NCBI GenBank assembly: GCA_051362555.1
Contig: CM120645.1
Coordinates: forward strand, 20,336,001 to 20,400,000
Reading direction: 5' to 3'
Length of the DNA stretch: 64,000 nucleotides
DNA from: Lingula anatina
Taxonomy: Eukaryota > Animalia > Brachiopoda
The position numbers were made by a program, and so were the translations under genes. Shown here piece after piece: positions 1-13,187 of this stretch (position 1 is its first letter; each line of letters opens with the position of its first letter). The notes below the pieces were generated by a model. That model was not told the origin of the DNA. It ran no database searches and saw nothing but the letters and a program-made list of their open reading frames with translations.

Positions 1-1056
1 ATGAAAATCGAAACTAGAACCCATAGAAATAACACACAAACACACGATTCAATTTACAGAATAATGTTCTCTGCCTATATGTTAAACAGGCTGTTGCCCA
101 TTGTAGAATATATATTAAAAACTGTCTAGCCTGTTGCTACATTTTCAGTTAATATTTATAATTCATATGAATCTTTTTTATATTCTATTCAATATGTACA
201 TTGTATATGTCAATTTTTTACATCTTGAGGACTGAGAGTTTTGTCATAAACGGATATTTTGTCGTAGTAAATGAATGGATTGAAAAAAAAAATTTTCTTT
301 GACGGCAGACTTTGAGTCAGACGCCCTAAGTGTCTGAGTGCCCTTTCCAGTGAAATGCTGTCAGAGCTATTGGTAATTCACCTTCTTTTCTCTGATACAT
401 AGGATGTTGTTTTCAGGTTGAGGCAGTTGAAATATTTATATTTGTACACTTATTTCGCTTCAGGTTTGTTATGGACCAGTTGTAGAGATTTTATAGTCTT
501 TGCTATTTTTTACATTCCACATATCTTTTCATTTTTCAATACAGTGGTTCATTAATTCCACTGAAAGTTTTCATTTTCTTACTTTCAAGTCACCTTTCGT
601 CATTAAACGATATATTAAATTATTTCACTGTTTTGTGTTCTATAAACTATGCTATGCCGAGATGCCGATATTTCCGATCACCATATACTATTTATCACTG
701 ACTTTCCCAAAACAACCCACCATAATTCTGAAAGTCTATCCTCCATGTTAGCTATATAATGTTGATGTGTGCATTAATTTTTTACAGATTAATATACACA
801 ATCAATACTCAATAATTTGTATGAGACTCTTGGACATTAGGAATTACATTAGAAAATCAAGTCGACGTGCCAAAAACAGGTATACATCTCTTTCTGGATG
901 GCTACGATATGTTGCACTGGCGAAAACTCGTTTCTTTACAGCTTATGAGGATTAATTACTTGTCATTCTTAGGTATGATTTTAACCAAAACCACATTATG
1001 TCTCCCTGTCTAAACCAACTTAAAAATATGACATACATTTGAAAAGAATAGGACAA

Positions 1057-1087
<31 letters not shown>

Positions 1088-1612
1088 TTTTACCAGGCAA
1101 TGTACCGTAGGCCTACTTGCTCTATCTGGCTCCCATCACGTATACAAACACCAACAACTGCTTTAAATGGATGCTATAATGTTTTAAACTCGAAATCACG
1201 ATGGCTTTCAGTATATGTTAACGTCTACCTGTTTGTATGCCAATCAACCTTACGCATCGGCTGTCACGCATTCCGAGGTGACATTAAGGTCGCTATAATT
1301 AGTATAAAAACTAAATTAGGGTAGGCACAATTTTTTTCAGTTGTTTCAGATCATCACACGCTGTGGCATATGTGTGAAAAATGTTTCCACGGGCAGCCGC
1401 CGCATAACCGAATTTTAGAGTGAGGAACACGGTTGGATTTTATAATTATAGGCTACAGGTGCAAGCAGAATTAGCACGTGCTTAGCTAGTGCACCGCGGC
1501 TAGGGGGATACCGAGCTACCAGAGTAAAACAAAAACATATAAAAGGGAAAAGAGTTTTTAAAAATTGATAAAATGACTTTTTTGAAACAGATTGAACAAG
1601 AAAGAGAAAAAA

Positions 1613-1620
1613 GTGTGTTT

Positions 1621-1670
<50 letters not shown>

Positions 1671-1679
1671 AAGAGAGAG
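1613..1679. repeat. (GT)n(GA)n microsatellite
   Basis: Directly visible. Confidence 0.95.
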
Positions 1680-2986
1680 GACATATGTAGCGTTGGGAGT
1701 TTTTAAAATGTGTGATGGGCGCACCATGGTCCATGGGATAGCCTACTTAGGGCACCAAGTGACCTCAATCCGACGCGGTGATTGAATATTGTGTATATTG
1801 AGTATATTCCTCATGGCAATTTGTTCTCCCTTTGGTGAGAGCTGCTCAGCAATCCACTTTTCACCAATAAGCCGCCAATGTAATGTTTGTCGGTTAACAT
1901 TATGACAAGTGTGACGTTTGGAATATTAAACGATTCAAAGCCTCCAGTTTAGTAATCATAGTGCTTGTGATTATGACACAGCAACAAAGACCACATCTAT
2001 ATTGAAATCATATTTAACCAGATGTAAAAATGTTTACGATCACGATGATTCACTACTGGTCCAGGAACCGTAAGAGTTTTAATGTAGGTTTTTTGGCGGC
2101 CATTTGCATATTGATTCTTTATAACTTTACATGTGTAACTCTCATTAGGGTCAGATGCCTCTGGTGTAAAAGCAGCAATAAACTTATCTTTTCTGTATAT
2201 ATTCATTTATCTTTTATTTACCTATTTGCACATTCAATATTCAGTTATTTACTCACTTATTTTAATGAATGATTTATTAGAATTAATTATATTGATAAAT
2301 TAATTTATTTTTATTTGATAATCAAGTCTTGTGTTTATATTTTACTAGACACACGGGGTGTTAACTGCTTTGTGTACTACTTTGGGTTTTGTAGTTTAAC
2401 TATTCGAAAGTCATTACCAAATCCTGATGCAATTTTCTCCCATTGGACAATGCAAGGGGCAATTATGAAAACAAAGCTTTTATACAACAGAATGGTTTCT
2501 CTATGTTGCTTAATATTTCTATCTAAAAATAAGGCAAAATCAAGACAGTGAGGTTATGCTTCTTTATTAAAGTCATATGCTGACCTACTTTCGAATTCCA
2601 TGGAATTCATTAATGAAAATGCAGATATACAAAGGTAGTAATACATGTAGCTGTTTCCCCAACCGCCGAAGATACCACCTTTAATACCTTAACCTTGTCA
2701 AGGATAACGAGAGGACGGGAGTTACAGATCATATAATTTCACTATCCGTACCACAGATATTAACCCGTGTAACGTTTAACATCTTAATGTTTTTTGTTTG
2801 AGTGTGTGCATGTCCTCGTCAAAATCCTGGATTCCTCTTTGTAGATGTATCGTATTAAAGATGTCGTTTCTGGTTAAAATTCTTCTATCCATTCTTTTTT
2901 TGAAAGACTAGTTTTAGACAGTTTTAAAAGTTATTATTTAATCATACCGTAACATCTATTGGCTGTGGAGTAGAGGTGGCTTGTTT

Positions 2987-3439
2987 CTATCTCTCACCTT
3001 TTGCTGGGCATCCTAAAATGAAAAACCGAACACCTATTTGAACGGCTGTTCCATAAGGCATCAATATTGCAAAGGTAGATAGATAGATAGATAGATAGAT
3101 GGTCAGATGGATGAACGAATAATTAAATCAGTATATAAAAGCTAATACAATGATGAATACATAAGGTGATACATATCAAATGAAAAATAAGGTGAAAATT
3201 TTTCACATCAATAATATACCCATACTGACCCATGAAATTAAATGTATTATAAATTTATTATTTGAGAGCTAATTAACATATGAATATATCAATGTTTGTT
3301 TTGATATCTCAATAAACAGATATATAAATGCTCTTGTATACCTGTCAATATAATTGTATGACACAAAGCGGCTGCCGCAACTAAAATGCTTATACATGTA
3401 AGTCGAAAAAACGTCCCGTTGTTGTACAAATCATGAAAC

Positions 3440-3533
<94 letters not shown>

Positions 3534-5191
3534 TACTCAACTCAAATTGTACTTTTCCTTAAAGGTGCATATGAACCGAGCATCGGTGGAGCGTGGATTC
3601 CACTTCTACTATTTTCTTATACAACTCAATAAAAGTCGACATGTCAAAGGATAAACTGGATAAATCACTGGATCAGCCATAAAAGAGCTTTAGACTGCCC
3701 TTTTCTTTAAATTTTTGGTCAGAAATTTACCCTACTTATGTGACCTACTTTTCTGCCCCATGTATATACAGCATAGAAAGCAAGCAGAAAAATCCGTTCA
3801 AAAATCATTTTCGGGTAATATTAAGCAATGCCTTTCAGTTATTCTCTGAGTTATACTATTTGAAACTATATGTTGGCATTTTGTTGGTTTTTGTGGCAAA
3901 AATTGACTTCATATGCATCTTTAAAGTGTTATATTATTATATTTATTAATTTATTTATTATGATGTCTATGTGAGATTTTTATGAGATTGTACAACTTAC
4001 GTTTCTCATGTTTATTAATCCACATATACGTCTCCATTTCATCATTACTAAGGCAAAATTCCGTTGCCAAGATATTCTTTGTTCTCTTTTTCAGTCTGGA
4101 AGACAAGGAGGTTTTCCTTCCCCATATGGTGATCATACGGATGTTGTCGAAACTTGGACTCTTTTGGTACGTGATAAGGAAATTTTTATAGTCGGTCCTG
4201 ACAAAATATAACGAATCAACAGCTGTTCCATCTGAAACAAAAGGTTAAAAATACAAATAAATAACTAATTACCAGCAAAGGTCAATTATATTGTGTCATG
4301 GGTACCCTATTGATTCGACAATGAAAACTATTGCTCAGGCGTGTTTTTTTAGGTATTTATGTTATGTAGGCCATATGTTATGTATGTTAGGTTGTGTTAC
4401 GTTCTCAAACTTTTAAATCAAATTCACTGAAAAAGATGACGTATGAGACTGAGAGCTACACTGTCAAAGCAGAGTTTTAAAAACTCCCTAGTTTGTGTAT
4501 TGTCTGAAAAGTGATTATGTGAAAAATAACGTGTTGGTTGATTGAATTATTACACATATACATCAAGAACACTATACTTATGGCGAGGACTTTTTCTCGA
4601 TGCCATTTTTTTTCTTTTGCAAGGTTTCTTTTTTCCATGACACTGTCCATGACAATATTCACACTGCCCATGACAACTTTCATGAAGTTGGTATCATTTC
4701 TGATATTCTTACCAAGTATCCAGTTGTATTTGCCCACGGTGTCCGTTGGTACCAGATCACGAGTCCAATTAGAACACATGGTAAAGTTCAAAGTTCCCCT
4801 GAATAAAAAAAATGAGCAGATGAGTATATAAAGCAAAGAGTAAATGCATATATAAATCAATGAATAAATACAGAAATAAAAAATGAATGAATTAATAAAT
4901 AGCTATATAGAGTAAATATATGAAGTGACTTGATGCATTGGTATATAAACAGACAGACAGACAGACAGACAGATGAGCACATAGACAGCTACAGTGCAAG
5001 TAGATACATATAAATTTCAAATAATGGACAAAGAAAAAAAGAAACCGTAGCTACATTTACCCGTATCGGAGATCAAATCCCCAGATCATGCTTCCATTTG
5101 ATTGCGGGGTAAACGTGTTCGAGTAGTCTCTCCATATTTCAAGACCTGGAAATGGCCAGTAAATTTGGAGACCGTACCAACGTCCCTTTAT
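2987..5191 (-). CDS. Divergent lipocalin-family gene (copy L0), exons 2-5; first coding (signal-peptide) exon not identified
   Basis: Exons 5191-5061 (131 nt), 4798-4713 (86 nt), 4231-4001 (231 nt) and 3012-2987 have GT/AG boundaries and splice in frame to IKGRWYGLQIYWPFPGLEIWRDYSNTFTPQSNGSMIWGFDLRYGGTLNFTMCSNWTRDLVPTDTVGKYNWILDGTAVDSLYFVRTDYKNFLITYQKSPSFDNIRMITIWGRK...EFCL...WINKHEKRCPAKGER*. Lipocalin motifs GxWY (SCR1), TDY (SCR2) and IWGR (SCR3) are present. Exon 2 and 3 sizes and all phases match copies A-D. Confidence 0.85.
3444..3530. repeat. (CT)n(AT)n microsatellite in the last intron of lipocalin L0
   Basis: Directly visible. Confidence 0.95.
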
Positions 5192-5685
5192 CTGAAAATA
5201 AACACGAAACTGATTGTCAAGACATGTCCTTAATTATTGAGTTAGGCTGTTAAACAAACAATTAAAGCATCAAAGATCAAAACCTCCTCGGCTGAGGTAC
5301 TAGTAATGATGTAACATAATATATGTTTACAGCCCGTGTTTTAATATTTACGATGTGTACTAATCACGAGAGACGGTATTTCATTAATATCTGGGACCAC
5401 CTGCGTACTCATTTATTTATCATCTATTTATCTATATATTTTCATTTGTTTACTGAAATTATCCGTTAGTCTTTTACCTTTTGTTATAGTAGTTTAAGTA
5501 GCAACCATGCACGGTAACATTAGCCGATGATAGCGGCAATGCGTGCCTTGAAGGAGACTAGAAAATGTGCAAGAATACGCAAGAAGTGGGACTAAGCTTG
5601 AAAAGCTGAGGGTGACACAGAAACTTTTGTTTAAGAAAGTAATTAAAAGAATCGTTGTGCAGTAGACTAACTTAGCAAAGCGTAA

Positions 5686-6516
5686 GGCCACACTGATTAA
5701 ATTTCATGGATGACATCCGAGCGCGCATTAATTTTAGTCTGTCTTCAAAAAAGATGTTAGAATTAAAAAATCACTTCCTTGGAACTACGGAACTGACTGC
5801 TGTCACCGTCTGCGCTCATTCAAAGTGCCGCGAAAACTTGGATTGTTGCAAAACTCGTTTATTTTCTCCTGCAAAAAATTTGCTGAATTTGTCGTAAAAT
5901 AAATCTTCTACACATGCATATTGCCGCCAAAAGTGGATTGCGGGTATCTCGGATTACCCCTGTTGTCGTCAAAATGCATAACCATAAAAGTTCAAAAGAA
6001 AACAGGGTGCGTGATTGTAGATTGGTATACAATTAACGTTGGCAAGGTAGATATAACGATTACTCAACTACAGACTGGCGGCAGCAGCGAACGACTATAG
6101 ATCGTTCAGACAACTTCAAAGACGTATTATCCAGAGCGGCTTACACACGCTTCTTTTGCAACGACTAGAGAAAAGCGAAGGGGAGTTGAGGAATGTGGTG
6201 GCCTTAAAGGTGGCCGGTCTACTCGCCAGTTCGGTTCCTTTTTCCTGGGCTGAAGTGAACCAAACTTCAACAACTGCAGTTTGATGCAGTGAGAAAAAGC
6301 AGATGACTTCTGACTCTTCACAGTCTCAAGAGTGTTCTCAGCACGAAATATGACTTGCTGTTTGTTTGATACACTGTGCCCTGTGGTTCAGTTTGCGTTT
6401 CCAGCTGTGTTTACTTTACTTTAGCAGCACTTTTTGCTTGACTTTTTATTTCGCCCTCTAGCATTTGTTTCCGGGTCTCCAAAGGACGTTATCCATAAAA
6501 TTAAATCAGTGTGGCC
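5686..6516. mobile_element. Non-autonomous DNA transposon (PIF/Harbinger- or Zator-like), 831 bp
   Basis: Imperfect ~33-bp TIRs GGCCACACTGATTAAATTTCATGGATGACATCC / GGACGTTATCCATAAAATTAAATCAGTGTGGCC, flanked by TAA on both sides (5683-5685, 6517-6519). The TIR is related to that of the element at 49336-50435. Confidence 0.85.
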
Positions 6517-6990
6517 TAAAGGGGAAAGGGAATAGCGCAGCCGTGGTTGACTTTCCTCAGCTTTGATTCAATACCGCATTCGAGAGTCCCTGCAACCGAG
6601 GTAAAATCCCTGCTTTCCACCAATATTAAGCAAAAGAATTCGCACAGACCTACTACACTTTGCTTTTTCCATAATAAGAATTACATACCCTTTGTGGGTA
6701 AAATTTCTTGAGAGTTCTTGGACCCTTACACGACTGCGTTGCACTGGATTTTACACAGCAGACGACCAAGGCAATGAGGAAGACTACTTTCATGGTGCAG
6801 AAATGCGGCAACTTTCGGGTGCGATTTTATTCACATAGGTGGCATAATGATATTAGCATGTACTTAGTCAATGGCAGCGGGCAAATTGGACGTTAGTATT
6901 TTATTAATGTCCCTTAATAAGATTTATTCAGTAGCGGGTCACATACCTTAAAAGTAAATGGCGTGGCAAATTTGGATAAGAGATGCACGT

Positions 6991-7555
6991 CAGGAATATT
7001 GCAACATATTACAATGACAAATTGCATTCATGTGTATTTTATTTGTCTTATTTTACATTCGGATGTTTCAGTCTGAAAGAAACAAAAAAGTCATTATTGG
7101 TGATAGATATATACCACACACATTGCTATATTAAAGGTATTCAGTACGCGAAATATTCATCTCTTGTCTCAAGGAAAATGAAATTTTTCGCAAAAAAATC
7201 CCTCTGAGCTATGATACCTATTTTATGCAGACAGCGTCATTATGTGCCATGGTTCATATTATACACAGCGTGACTCGTTTACACAGACGGTACGTTCACA
7301 AAGGCTATCTGTTTTTGCCTGCTTTGAATTATTCAATAGGGGTGCAGACATATTTTCATAGATTTTTCATTCAGCGATCCTACTTCTACTACAATTAATA
7401 CTAGACACTGTTTGCACTGTTTGTGTACCCAGGCCTTAAAAAAACAAGCCCAACATATCTAGATAATGACTGCAGTTGTAAGTCATACACTGTAATTAGC
7501 ATGGAATATGTGATATCCTATAAATGATTTTTGTTATCAAAATGGGATCCACTAA
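6991..7555 (+). repeat. Diverged copy of the lipocalin-cluster intergenic module (other copies ~15422-15930, ~19532-20050, ~24945-25730, ~28249-28780, ~33648-34370)
   Basis: Most copies share the colinear blocks CATATTACA, (C)AGCGTGA, TTTTTCATTC, CAATTAATACTAGACA, CTTAAAAA, ATGACTGCAGTT, TCATACACT and ATGGGATCC. Homology to the region downstream of copy D extends back to ~5630, across the transposon. Confidence 0.75.
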
Positions 7556-9874
7556 CAATTAGTATTAGTGGGAAACCATACTTACGTATTCACATTCAGG
7601 GGGTGCTACCTCAGTATGTTACGTTTTCCCCCCAAGAACCTCAATGAAAGGGTCCCGAGTGCCAAATCTTTTCAGCTTGCTCTATTCTTGATTCATTATT
7701 AATATTTGCGATCTTGAGAATTTCGTCATTGTGAGCCGCTCATCCTACGACCTCTGTTGATGTTCTATAAAGGATTACATTTAAAAATATGAGGCGTGAA
7801 AGGGACTTGGGAAGAATTAAGGGAGTTGAACTCCCAAGACAGAAGTACGTTGAGTACATTGATAATGCTGGCATTTCATCTCTTTGACCACACAGTTCAC
7901 TTGAAATAACATGTGAAACGAGTAACTGCATATTTTGGATTTCTAATGCTCGATTTGACAAATGTGCTTATAAAATATGGTACAATAAATAATATAAACT
8001 CGTGCAAAGATTGTAATTAAAAGTTTATATTTATATATTACAATTAATTTTTTATCATACATTTCATGCTTTTGTAGACTTTTTGTCATCGTATGTTATT
8101 TAACCTTTGGCCCTAATAATCCTTTGTTCGATATCAGCTTTGATCATGTTCAGCATTAGTTTAAAAAAATGCCCATTATGAGTTGAATATACTGTATCAT
8201 AATGCGGACCTTAGGTATTAAAACATACAAGGTCCTAGGACTTGCCATACTGAAATAGAGTGTCCAAGGGGACTCTACATTTCAGAGCTTAGAACCGTTA
8301 TTTCGAGAAAGAAAGTCCGACTAGCTTTAAGTTAAAAAAAGAAAAAAGAAAAAAAAACGTGTCGGGCCGACCCTAGAAAGGTAGGACTCTGTGTTGCTTG
8401 ACACCGGCTCGGAGGAACAGTGTTTCAATTTAGTCATGCCGTTGTATGAACTAAGCTACGTATGCAACGTCATTATTTTTCAAAGATAATGCCAGATGGC
8501 TCATCATTTGAAAAAAAAAACGCAGTTGACGTCAGGGGGGCCAGCTTGCCCCGCCACGGGGCAAGTTGGCCCCAGGGTCGGAGCAAGTTGGCACCCTATA
8601 CGAAAATGAATTAAGTATCCCTGTAAACGCCTTGAAATACATTTTTATACATTTTTAATCTATTAAATTGATTTTTGAGAGTCTTAGATGATTAAATAGT
8701 TCAAATGAGGCAGATTTATTGAGGTTTCCGTACGTCACGTTGTATGTGTTGCAAGAACCAAAATATCTATCAGTAAAATTTGTTTTAATTAAGAAAAAAT
8801 TATTAATGGTACAAAGCAGGTTTTTAATGAATGAAAACGAATAATAAATTTTCGTTTTAAAAGAAAGTTACAAATTCTTTACATTTTCAGAAAATATATC
8901 ACGACATTTTAAGTGTTCGGTTTCACCCTTTATTTTTTATGTAAATTTAAATTAGTTATCAAACGAATAAAAAATTAGGCTCCGCTACAAGTCTAGTTGT
9001 ATTACAAAGCTGTTCGGAAACCTATAGTTCTGCCTTCCACCACAGCTAAAGAGCGATGTTCTAAAATTTGATATACACAGGTATTTCTCTTTAATTCTGT
9101 ACACCAGCGAGAATGTTAGCACAGAATTTCAGTAATGATGTCTTCACTAAGCTGCATGGCCTCAGATAAATTTACACCTTCTGCACGTACATAAGCGCAG
9201 CTTAAGATAATCTACAGTATGCATTTTGCTTCTGAGGCGACTTATCAATTATTGGCAGCGGCCAATAATCCTCTTTTTTATTTTGCATAACATCCAACCT
9301 TATCATCAAGGTACATAGTTTACAGTACATTATGTCGTTCAATTAGTGATTTAAGAAAATACATTTATTTCATTTTTTTTTACTCATAAACAACACACAG
9401 TTCAATGGGACATCCTGAGTCTTTCACGATACCTGATGTATTTGTACCTAAATTTATAAATCAAAAATCAAATTGAGTGCATAAAAATTGAAATTAAAAT
9501 ACAAATAGAAATCATAAGTTATTATTGATTATATTGCAGTTATGAGGGTTATCAGACACGGACTTTCATTTTTTGTTTTCTATTATAAGAGTGTGTCATT
9601 CTCTACTGATGCAATGTATTTTGACGGGTAGCCACCTTTATTTATTATTCTCACGTTGAAATCGCGTTGAAATCACCAAAAATAAGCCGATTATTCCAAT
9701 TACGGTACATGTAACTGCCACAATAACAACAGCTAAAGCGCTTTCCAAATTATAGCTCTTATTGTATGACTGGGTTCCCATACTTAGATCAGTCTAACAG
9801 TACCGAAGAATAATGCAGCACTGCTATATAGTTAGCGATATTGAAATGAACTCTCCCAAGAAATCCATGAGTGG

Positions 9875-9880
9875 TATAAA
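9875..9880 (+). promoter_or_regulatory. Candidate TATA box of the SMB-domain gene
   Basis: TATAAA at 9875 with an Inr-like TCATTT ~30 nt downstream (9905), just before the ATG at 9922. Confidence 0.4.
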
Positions 9881-9921
9881 GGGCAGCATGTGCTCTGTTC
9901 TGTGTCATTTTTAGTTGCTTC

Positions 9922-12338
9922 ATGAAGGTTTATTTGTACAGAAACATGGTGACCAGCCAATTTACTTTATGTGCGGTGATATTTGTTATCCCTACGGCCG
10001 TTATGCTCCCTTTTGCGCAAGAAAATATTCATTCTACTCGGTTTACTCAAATCTCAACCAATTTGGCGATTGGGACGCCTGCGAGATTCCGAAGGGAGTC
10101 ACCATTTTGTCGAAGAAGAATACCAGAAATAACCACCAAAAGAGCACCCACTACTAAAGATGAGGCGCACGAGGGAGTCACACAAGAGTTGCTCACTACT
10201 GAGGGTGGAATGCGCGTGGAATTCACACAAGAGATGCATACTACTAAGAGCCGAGGGTACGAAGGAGGCACTCAAGTGTCTCCCACCACTGAGAGTGGAA
10301 TGCGCGTGGAAATCACACAAGAGTCACCCACTACTTGGGGTGGAATGCACGCGGAATTCGAACAAGAGTCGATCATTTCTGTGGGTCCCATGCGCGTGGA
10401 ATTCACCCAAGAGTCGCCCACTACTGTGACTGGAACGCGCGTGGAAGTAGAACAAGAGTCGATCATTTCTGAAGGTGCAATACACGATGAAGCTACCGAA
10501 GAGTCGCTTACTACTGAGAGCGGCGTGTACGTAGAATTAACACAAGACTTTCAAACTTATGAGAGTGGAATGCGAGTGGAAGTCACACAAGAGGCGCCAA
10601 CTACTAAGAGTGGAATGCCAATGGACGCCACAAAACGAGCTCCCACAACTGAGAGTGAAATGGACGCGGAATTCACACAAGAGTTTCCAACCTCCGAGGG
10701 CGGCTTGAGTATGGAGACCTTGCAGGAATCACCCAGTCAAGAGGATATATTGCGGGAAAGATCAACTAACAGCAGTGAAACCTCTTCTTTCCTAGATGTG
10801 ACTCTGACGCCTCTTAGTTGGCTCTGTGCTGGGAAACGTAAAGCAATCATCAAACTTAAAGTCCATTGCAACTGCGACCCTCTGTGCGTCCTGTATGGTG
10901 ACTGCTGTTATGGAGTGACTGAAAATACGACGGTGTGCGCTGCGTCTCTCAGATTAACGACGACAAAGAATACTTCGCATTTTCATATGTTTCCAGGACG
11001 CAGCTCAACAGAAACCCATGGTAACAGCCCCACTTCGACTGCATCCTCAAACAATACATCCTCTTGGACAATGGGAAAAGAACAACTCGACCCTGTGTCT
11101 ATTTCCCTGGCAAACCAAAGCTCTTGCAGAAAAAGTCCAGCATTATTTCGACGAATTCGACAAACAAGATTACCCTTTTTGGACACTCTTGGACTGAGCT
11201 TTTGGATGGTGGACCAGTGTCCGTCGTCTTGGCTTGAAGAAGAAAGTCGCATCAAGTGCTCTGGTATGTCAAATACTAGCCTCACAGAAGACGCGCTATT
11301 GTACCAGCCAGTCACCGACCCAGATACAATGATCACCTTCAGAAACAAGTACTGTGCAACCTGTAATGGTATCAAGAACGGCGGGGAACCGTGGGGATTC
11401 GTCGTCTTTTCCAGTAGGGTGCTAGTTGAAAACTTTTCAAATTGCAGCTCCTCGGCTTGTGTTTTGAGAAAATTAAAGAACCTCAGATGTAATGGTATTT
11501 TCGAGCCCAAACCAGAATGGAATTTAAGAACATGCTTCCGGGAAGTTGAGAACGAGGCCTTTGGTCCTTGTACTTTTACTTACGTCATTGGAGGCTTGCA
11601 TCGTGTACCTCGTCCACTCCCCCTGCATTCGACCTTAAGAGATGCCTGCTTGGCCTACAACAACCCTGTTGTCATTGATGGTTTTGATCAAAGTTACAAG
11701 AACTACCATTGCATCCTTTGCTATCAAGGTGATTTTACCCTATGCGAAGGTGAGTGATGGGTTTTACTATCAGAAACTGCATATGTAATTTTTTTCAGAA
11801 CAATGCAGTAATGGGGTTATAATAGTGAGCACTGAAGCTCTTTTCTTGAGCGTTGGATTCTATGTGTAGAAGACAGATTTTTACTTTTGTAATCACGTGT
11901 CTATTATCTACAAAACTTGATTTTACACCCAAAGAATAAACAATTTTGGGCAAAAAGCGCCAGGTCGCAAATAAAAAGAGACCAGACCTTCGCACGTATT
12001 TTATAAGCTCGTGAAATACATTTTCACCTTGCTCACGAGATTTGAAATGAACGATGCGTTTCATTTCGACTGATTTCTTCTCCCGCCCCCGAAGCGAATG
12101 ATTTTAGTATTTTAAACTACATCAACTAGTTGAAAAAACGTGTAGCTGAGTGTTTGCCATGCATATATATCCTCTGTTTAATTAACTATATTTAATTGTT
12201 TTTAGATCAGAAATACACACCACCAACAGACAGATTCCAAGGTCTTTCTTTCTGCGCCCTTTTGTACCTGGGAGACCAAGACAAGGAAAAGAATGATGAC
12301 GTCATGACTAGGGTGAGAAAAAGAGCTTCCATAATCAT

Positions 12339-12379
<41 letters not shown>

Positions 12380-13187
12380 AAATTGAAAATTCCAAATACA
12401 TTCCTTTATCAATTGTTTACCGTATTCATTATGCAAATACTTTAATGTAGTTCTTTAATGTAGTTCAAATACATTCCTTTATCAATTGTTTACCGTATTC
12501 ATTATGCAAATACTTAAATGTAGTTCTTGTCAGAGTTTTGGGGTGGTTTTTAATTGTAAAGTTCCGCCCTAGATCGTCGCAAAACAATGCATTAACACAT
12601 GCACACATGCCTTTTTCCAGTCTGTAGATCAGCAGATAGTATGTCCCCCTGGTTTTGTTCCTGATGGACAGGACTGCCGCCCCGTTATGTATAATTTCAC
12701 TATAGTACGGGCGGCCGTTTACTTACATTTTGAACCCTGTGGCTGGTTTCCAACTCAGAGGGATGGATGTAAAGATATCAGGCGCAATGGTCGATTTCAA
12801 ACTGTACTGTCAGCTGTACAAGCATCGATTTCTTCTTGCAGTCAAAAAGGCAACGCGGAGAACTCAAGTTTTGTCGTTAAAACGCTGGTAACTCTTCGCA
12901 TGAGACTAGCCCACTACGAGAAAGGTCGTAGCATTCTCAAAGAGGTGCAAGCATGGGTGGAAAGTGCTCTGCTAAACGTGCAGTTGGAGATACCAGGAGG
13001 CCCCGTGGGTATTCGAGCAGGGTCGTTCTCTGCCTGCATGAGCAATGCCACGCACCACGGCTCTACGCCACCATTTTATGGTGCAACCACGACCTCAACC
13101 TCAAAGCACAACCAAGGAAACATCCATGCTGGTAACGTTAGACTTATGATGCTGGTGGCAGCGGTGTGGGTTTCTAGGTATGGGTAA
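9922..13187 (+). CDS. Mucin-like repeat / somatomedin-B-like Cys-rich surface protein (~833 aa), adhesion/Methuselah-GPCR-type ectodomain without 7TM, possible GPI anchor
   Basis: Exons 9922-11749, 12206-12312 and 12621-13187 splice in frame (phases 1, 0). The protein has an N-terminal hydrophobic segment (FTLCAVIFVIPTAVML), 15-aa repeats, an SMB-like CNCDPLCVLYGDCC, then the motifs WMVDQCP, PVTDPDTMITFRNKYCATCNG, CLAYNNPV..YKNYHCILC and CPPGFVPDGQDCRP. It ends in a short hydrophobic tail (LMMLVAAVWV). Confidence 0.85.
10135..10743 (+). repeat. Coding 45-bp (15-aa) tandem repeat, 13 full units plus 1 partial
   Basis: Consensus TQESPTTESGMRVEF. Unit 1 starts at 10135 and unit 13 at 10675, an exact 45-nt spacing with no indels. 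Confidence 0.9.
12393..12526 (+). repeat. Local ~60-bp direct duplication in intron 2
   Basis: CAAATACATTCCTTTATCAATTGTTTACCGTATTCATTATGCAAATACTT(T/A)AATGTAGTTC at 12393 and 12466. Confidence 0.9.

Noticed and set aside
1997-2206. Exon-like minus-strand ORF (KDKFIAAFTPEASDP...)
   Set aside because: It has plausible AG/GT ends but no recognisable homology or partner exons. It could be an alternative 3' exon of L0, but this is unsupported.
5940-6130. Minus-strand LPCQR and MVMHFDDNR fragments as exon 1 of L0
   Set aside because: They lie inside the 5686-6516 transposon, contain stops and have the wrong splice phase.
8535-8600. GGGGCAAGTTGGCCC-type short repeats
   Set aside because: Probably a transposon end fragment, but no matching second terminus was found. 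Not CRISPR-like.
10047-11510. Antisense and alternate-frame ORFs over the SMB gene
   Set aside because: Shadows of the long coding exon and its repeats.
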